Source: an uncultured delta proteobacterium (GTDB lineage: Bacteria; Desulfobacterota; Binatia; HRBIN30; BPIQ01). Taken from it: a stretch of 64,000 bases of DNA. The notes beneath the pieces were generated by a model. It ran no database searches. It was not told where the DNA came from and was given only the letters and a program-made list of their open reading frames with translations. The stretch spans positions 242,395-306,394 of the forward strand of contig CAVXGR010000021.1 of assembly GCA_963761335.1 (NCBI GenBank). The letters run 5' to 3'. Each line of letters starts with the position of its first letter. The first letter of the stretch is position 1. Of the stretch, positions 59,732-64,000 are shown piece by piece. Made by a program: the position numbers and the translations under genes.

Positions 59732-62700
59732 ATGGCCCCGGAAACGCTGGGTAGCGACGCCATCCTGGGGAAATCCCGGGCGATCATGGCGCTGCGCTCG
59801 CAGATCGAGCACCTGGCGTCCTTCGATGCGCCGGGTAGCCCCCACGTGCCCACGGTGCTGGTCCAGGGGGAGACGGGCACCGGCAAGGGATTGGTCACCC
59901 GGGTGATCCACGAGAGTGGGCCGCGCGCCGCGGCGCCGTTCGTCGACGTCAACTGCGGTGCGATACCCGAGCTTCTGCTCGAGCCCGAGCTCTTCGGCTA
60001 CGAGGCCGGTGCCTTTACCGATGCGCGCCACCCCAAGCCCGGCCTCTTCGAAGCCGCCTGCGGCGGCACCCTCTTTCTCGACGAGGTCGATTCGCTGACG
60101 CTGCCGCTGCAGGCGAAGGTGCTCAAGGCGATCGAGGAGAAGCGCATCCGGCGACTCGGGGCGGTCGAGCCCCGCGACGTCGACGTGAAGCTGGTGGCCG
60201 CGACCCAGGGCGATCTGAAGACGCTGGTCGAGCGCGGCCGTTTTCGCGCCGACCTCTACCACCGCCTCGCCGTGCTGGTGCTGTCGATTCCGCCCCTGCG
60301 CGAGCGGGAGGAGGACGTCGATCTGCTCGCCGAGTACTTTCTCGACTGGTACGCGCGCGCCCACCGCTTGCCGCCCAAGCGGCTCACCGAATCGGCGCGC
60401 CGCTGGCTGGCGTCGTACCGCTGGCCGGGCAACGTGCGCGAGCTCGGGCACGTGATGGAGAGGGTGACGTTGCTCGCTCCCGGCAGCGACGTCGACAGCG
60501 CCGTGCTCGAGCGCCTCTCCCCGCAGGGGGACTCGATGGCAGCGCCGGCGGTCGCCGATGCGGGCCTCGAGGCCCAGGTGCGCCAGGCCCTGCGGCGCTC
60601 CGGAGGAAACGTCGCGCGCGCCGCGCGGCTCCTCGGCATCGGCCGCAACGCGATGCGCTATCGGATGCGGCGGCTCGGCATCGACCGCGACGCGGGGAGC
60701 GCCGCCATCCCGGCCGCCGAAGCTTCGTCGCCGCCGCCGGCGGCGGCGGCTCCGGAGATGGAGGCGCGGCCTTTCGCGCCGGCGGCGCAGGACGGCCGAC
60801 TCTTGGAGAGGCCGGTATGGGAGCCAAAGCCGGCGGCGGTGCTGGTCCTGTCGTTGATCTTCCCCGAGCCCACCGAGCAGCCGCTCGAGCACGAGCCGTG
60901 GACGCTGTCGCGCCGCTGGGAGCGCGCCATCCGCGAGCGCATCGAGGGCTTCGGCGGTGTCTTTCTGCAGCGCTCCCCCTCGCGTCTCATCGCCGTCTTC
61001 GGCGTGCCGCGCGCCCTCGAGCAGCTGGCGGAGCGCGCCGTGCACACGGCTCTGGCGATTCAGCGCATGGCCCTGCCGGTGAGCGGGCCGCGGCCGCAGC
61101 TGCGCGCCGCCATCCACGCCGGCGAGGTGCGCCTCGACACCGCCGCCGCCGATCCACTGGAGCAGCTGCTGCCCGTCGGCGACGTCTTCGATCTTCCCGA
61201 GCGCCTGCTCGGCCACGCCGGCGCCGGTGAGGTACTGCTCTCCGCCGCCATGGCCCGCCGCGTCGAGCGAAGCTGCGACCTGCAGGAGCGTGTGCTGCAG
61301 CTCGGTCCGCACGAGGCCGATCGGCTGACCGTGCACGCGGCGCTCGGATTGCGTCGCCCCAGCACCGTTGCCCTGTCGGAAGGGGTCGCGCCGACGCGCT
61401 TCGTCGGGCGAAGCCGCGAGGTCGACCTTCTCCGCGACGCCTTCGCCCGCGCCGCGGACGGTCAGGGGCAGCTGGTGTTCATCGCCGGCGAGGCGGGAAT
61501 GGGCAAGTCGCGGCTGCTCGCCGAGTTTCGCCGCACCCTCGGCGCTGTGCCGTATCGCTGGATCGAGGGGCGCTGCGCCTCGTACGGGACGGCGACCCCG
61601 TTTCTGCCGATCATCGATGGCCTGCGGCGCTATCTGGGAATCGACGACTTCGACGACGAGGCGAGTGCCAGCGACAAGCTGGCTCGCGAGGCCGAGCGCT
61701 TGGGCGCGGATCTGAGCTGGACGCTGCCCTTCGTGCGCCAGGCGCTGTCGTTGCAGGTGGGCGACGACGCCGTGCAGTCGCTCGATTCGGCGAGCCGCCG
61801 CAGCGAGCTCTTTCGCGCCCTGCGCGCCCTCACCGTGCGCGCCGCCGAGATCGAGCCGCTCGTCCTCGTCATCGAGGATCTGCACTGGATCGATCCGGCC
61901 TCGGAGGAGTATCTCGCCTTCGTCGCCGAGGTGGTGCCCACGGCGCGCCTGCTGCTCGTTCTCTCGCACCGCACCGGTTACGCGCAACCGTTCGGCGACC
62001 GCAGCTTCCACCAGCGGGTCACCCTGGCGCCGCTCAGCGGCACCGACGCCGCCGAGATGACCGGCTCGGTTCTCGGATCCGAGGACGTGCCGCGCCAGCT
62101 GCGCGATCTGATTGCGCGCAAGGCCGAGGGGAATCCCTTCTTCATCGAGGAGCTGACCAAGTCGCTGCTCGAGGACGGCTCGCTGCGGCGCGAGGGCGAG
62201 CGCATCGTGCTGGCGCGCGATCTCGCCGAGGTGGCGGTGCCCGAGACCGTGCAGGACGTGCTCATCGCCCGTATCGACCGCCTCGAGGAGGACTCGCGGC
62301 GGGCCATTCAGGTGGCCTCCGTCATCGGTCGCGAGTTCGCTCTGCGCCTGCTGGCGCGCATCACCGATGCCGGAGATCGCATCCGCACCCAGGTCGACGA
62401 GCTGCGCGGCCTGGAGCTGATCTACGAGAAGGCGTTGCACCCGGAGCTGGCGTACATGTTCAAGCACGCGCTCACGCATGACGTCGCCTACGACAGCGTT
62501 CTGCGCGAGCGCCGCAAGCAGCTGCACCGCACCATCGGCCTGGCGATCGAGGAGCTCTACGGGGATCGCCTGGCGGAGCACTACGAGACGCTGGCGCACC
62601 ACTTCGGCCGCGGCGAGGACTGGGAGCGGGCGCTGGTGTATCACGAGCGCTCCGCGGCGAAGGCCGCCGAGACCCACGCCAACCGCGCCGCTGTCGAGCA

Positions 62701-64000
62701 CTGCCGCGAGGCGCTGGCGATCGCGGCGCGGCTCGGCGAGGCGGTGCCGGACGAGGTGCGCAGGCGTCTCAACGAGCGGCTCGGAGACGCCTGCTTCTAT
62801 CTCAGCGATTACGCCGCCTCGGCGGCGGCCCACGAGGAGGCCGCGACCCTCAGCGCCGACGCCGAGGGTCGATCGCTGCGCACCGGCGCCGCCGCCTTCA
62901 GTCACTTCTGGGCCCACCAGTACGACGCCGCGCGCCGCTGCATCGAGGAGGGCCTCGACCTGGCACGCGAGCGCGGCTCCGCCGCCGGCGAGGCGGTGGC
63001 GCGCACGGTTCAGGGGATGTACCGCGGCGTCTGCGACGGCGACCTCGTCTTCTACGAGAGCTGCCTGCGAGAGGCGCTGGCGCTGTGCGAGCGCCAGCCG
63101 CACGAGTTCGCCGAGGGATTCGTCGGCTTCGAGTTCGCTCTGTTCAGCGAGTGGACCGGCGCCTACGCCGAAGCCATGCGCGCCGCCGAGCGGGTCATCG
63201 AGATCGGCCGCCGCATCCGCCGGCCGGACTTCATCATCCTGGCGACCTGGTTTCTCGGCAAGGCGCGCTGCTGCACCGGCGACTATGGCGGCGCTCTGGC
63301 GGTGCTTCAGGACGGCGAGCAGCTGTGCGAGCGCATCGGCGATCGCGCCTGGCGCAGCCGGCTGCTCAACACTCTCGGTTGGTGTTACGCCGAGATCGGC
63401 AGCGCCGAGCGCGCCCGGGACCTGAACCGCCGCGCCGCGCTCCTGGCACGCGAGATCGGGGATCCGGAGATCCTCTCCAATGCCGCCATCAATCTGGCGA
63501 TGAATCACCTGGATCTGAGCGATCCCGATGGCGCTCTCGAGCACCTCGAGCCGATCGAGTCGGAGCTGGCGGCGGGGGGAGATCCGTGGATGCGCTGGCG
63601 CTACGCCCTGCACGCCCGTCACGGGCGCGGGGTGCTGGAGCTGCGCCGCGGCGAGCCGGAGAGATGTCTCGCGGCGGCGGAGGTCGAGCGGGAAGGTGCC
63701 CGCCGCCACCGGGCTCCCAAGATCGAGGCGCGCTCCCTGTCGCTGCAGGCCGCGGCGCTTCTCGAGATCGGCCGTCGCGACGACGCCGAGCAGGCGTCGC
63801 GACAGGCGCTCGAGATCGCCCGCGGCATCGGCTATCGCCGCGGCGTCTGGCGCGCCCACCTGCTCCTCGCCGAGAAAGAGCGCCGCGCCGGCAACCCCGC
63901 CGCCGCGGCGCAACATCTCTCGGCGGCGCGCCAGGCGGCGGAAGCCGCTGTCCGTTCCCTCGGCGATGATCAGCTGCGCCGCTGCCTGATCGAAACGATT
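59732..64000 (+). CDS. Sigma-54 activator (AAA+ and Fis HTH) fused to a degenerate class III cyclase-like domain, a STAND-type AAA ATPase and TPR-like repeats; runs off the window
   Basis: Own translation from ATG 59732: GETGTGKG, GAFTDA, FLDEV, WPGNVREL, GGNVARAARLLGI, IAVFGVP, FVGRSRE, GEAGMGKS, LVIEDLHWID, EGNPFFIEE, FKHALTHDVAY. Absent from the ORF track because no stop is reached. Confidence 0.88.
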   Translation, partial: MAPETLGSDAILGKSRAIMALRSQIEHLASFDAPGSPHVPTVLVQGETGTGKGLVTRVIHESGPRAAAPFVDVNCGAIPELLLEPELFGYEAGAFTDARHPKPGLFEAACGGTLFLDEVDSLTLPLQAKVLKAIEEKRIRRLGAVEPRDVDVKLVAATQGDLKTLVERGRFRADLYHRLAVLVLSIPPLREREEDVDLLAEYFLDWYARAHRLPPKRLTESARRWLASYRWPGNVRELGHVMERVTLLAPGSDVDSAVLERLSPQGDSMAAPAVADAGLEAQVRQALRRSGGNVARAARLLGIGRNAMRYRMRRLGIDRDAGSAAIPAAEASSPPPAAAAPEMEARPFAPAAQDGRLLERPVWEPKPAAVLVLSLIFPEPTEQPLEHEPWTLSRRWERAIRERIEGFGGVFLQRSPSRLIAVFGVPRALEQLAERAVHTALAIQRMALPVSGPRPQLRAAIHAGEVRLDTAAADPLEQLLPVGDVFDLPERLLGHAGAGEVLLSAAMARRVERSCDLQERVLQLGPHEADRLTVHAALGLRRPSTVALSEGVAPTRFVGRSREVDLLRDAFARAADGQGQLVFIAGEAGMGKSRLLAEFRRTLGAVPYRWIEGRCASYGTATPFLPIIDGLRRYLGIDDFDDEASASDKLAREAERLGADLSWTLPFVRQALSLQVGDDAVQSLDSASRRSELFRALRALTVRAAEIEPLVLVIEDLHWIDPASEEYLAFVAEVVPTARLLLVLSHRTGYAQPFGDRSFHQRVTLAPLSGTDAAEMTGSVLGSEDVPRQLRDLIARKAEGNPFFIEELTKSLLEDGSLRREGERIVLARDLAEVAVPETVQDVLIARIDRLEEDSRRAIQVASVIGREFALRLLARITDAGDRIRTQVDELRGLELIYEKALHPELAYMFKHALTHDVAYDSVLRERRKQLHRTIGLAIEELYGDRLAEHYETLAHHFGRGEDWERALVYHERSAAKAAETHANRAAVEHCREALAIAARLGEAVPDEVRRRLNERLGDACFYLSDYAASAAAHEEAATLSADAEGRSLRTGAAAFSHFWAHQYDAARRCIEEGLDLARERGSAAGEAVARTVQGMYRGVCDGDLVFYESCLREALALCERQPHEFAEGFVGFEFALFSEWTGAYAEAMRAAERVIEIGRRIRRPDFIILATWFLGKARCCTGDYGGALAVLQDGEQLCERIGDRAWRSRLLNTLGWCYAEIGSAERARDLNRRAALLAREIGDPEILSNAAINLAMNHLDLSDPDGALEHLEPIESELAAGGDPWMRWRYALHARHGRGVLELRRGEPERCLAAAEVEREGARRHRAPKIEARSLSLQAAALLEIGRRDDAEQASRQALEIARGIGYRRGVWRAHLLLAEKERRAGNPAAAAQHLSAARQAAEAAVRSLGDDQLRRCLIETI

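Noticed and set aside
59717..63916. 1399-aa minus-strand ORF in the track
   Set aside because: Antisense shadow of the motif-rich plus-strand gene starting at 59732; no recognisable domains.

Overview
High-GC bacterial window of about 52 protein-coding genes. I found no rRNA, tRNA, CRISPR array or transposase. The gene content (multiheme cytochromes, LLM/F420-type oxidoreductases, secreted proteins with Pro-Thr linkers and dockerin-like tails, several sigma-54 systems) suggests a deltaproteobacterium-like lineage such as Binatia; this is inference only. Main blocks, in order: (1) the start of a V/A-ATPase operon; (2) a divergent pair of ImcH-like (7-heme) and CbcL-like (11-heme plus cytochrome b) inner-membrane cytochromes; (3) a two-component cluster, including a Cph1/Rcp1-type kinase with a globin-like sensor; (4) GH15; (5) PFOR with a DHOD-like partner; (6) a globin-coupled kinase with an NtrC-type regulator and CBS proteins; (7) a Fur-family regulator divergent from a MauG-like diheme protein, a Tat metallophosphoesterase and a SoxA/TsdA-like monoheme cytochrome, with a two-copy palindromic operator; (8) ispH; (9) a deacetylase-GNAT-ACP-E1-E2 cassette; (10) a FadB-like enzyme; (11) a peroxiredoxin/MerB-like/LLM/SDR run; (12) an aromatic-rich type IV pilin next to a secreted 9-heme cytochrome with a dockerin-like tail; (13) frmA and arsC-like; (14) a thiolase with an HMGS-like/DUF35 fusion; (15) a giant sigma-54 activator-cyclase-like-STAND-TPR protein, absent from the ORF track, facing a consensus sigma-54 promoter of a methyltransferase. 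Intergenic DNA carries several repeat families: GTAG REP doublets, a ~150-bp palindromic element and 6-8-bp-period arrays. All calls come from reading motifs by eye; no database searches were run.
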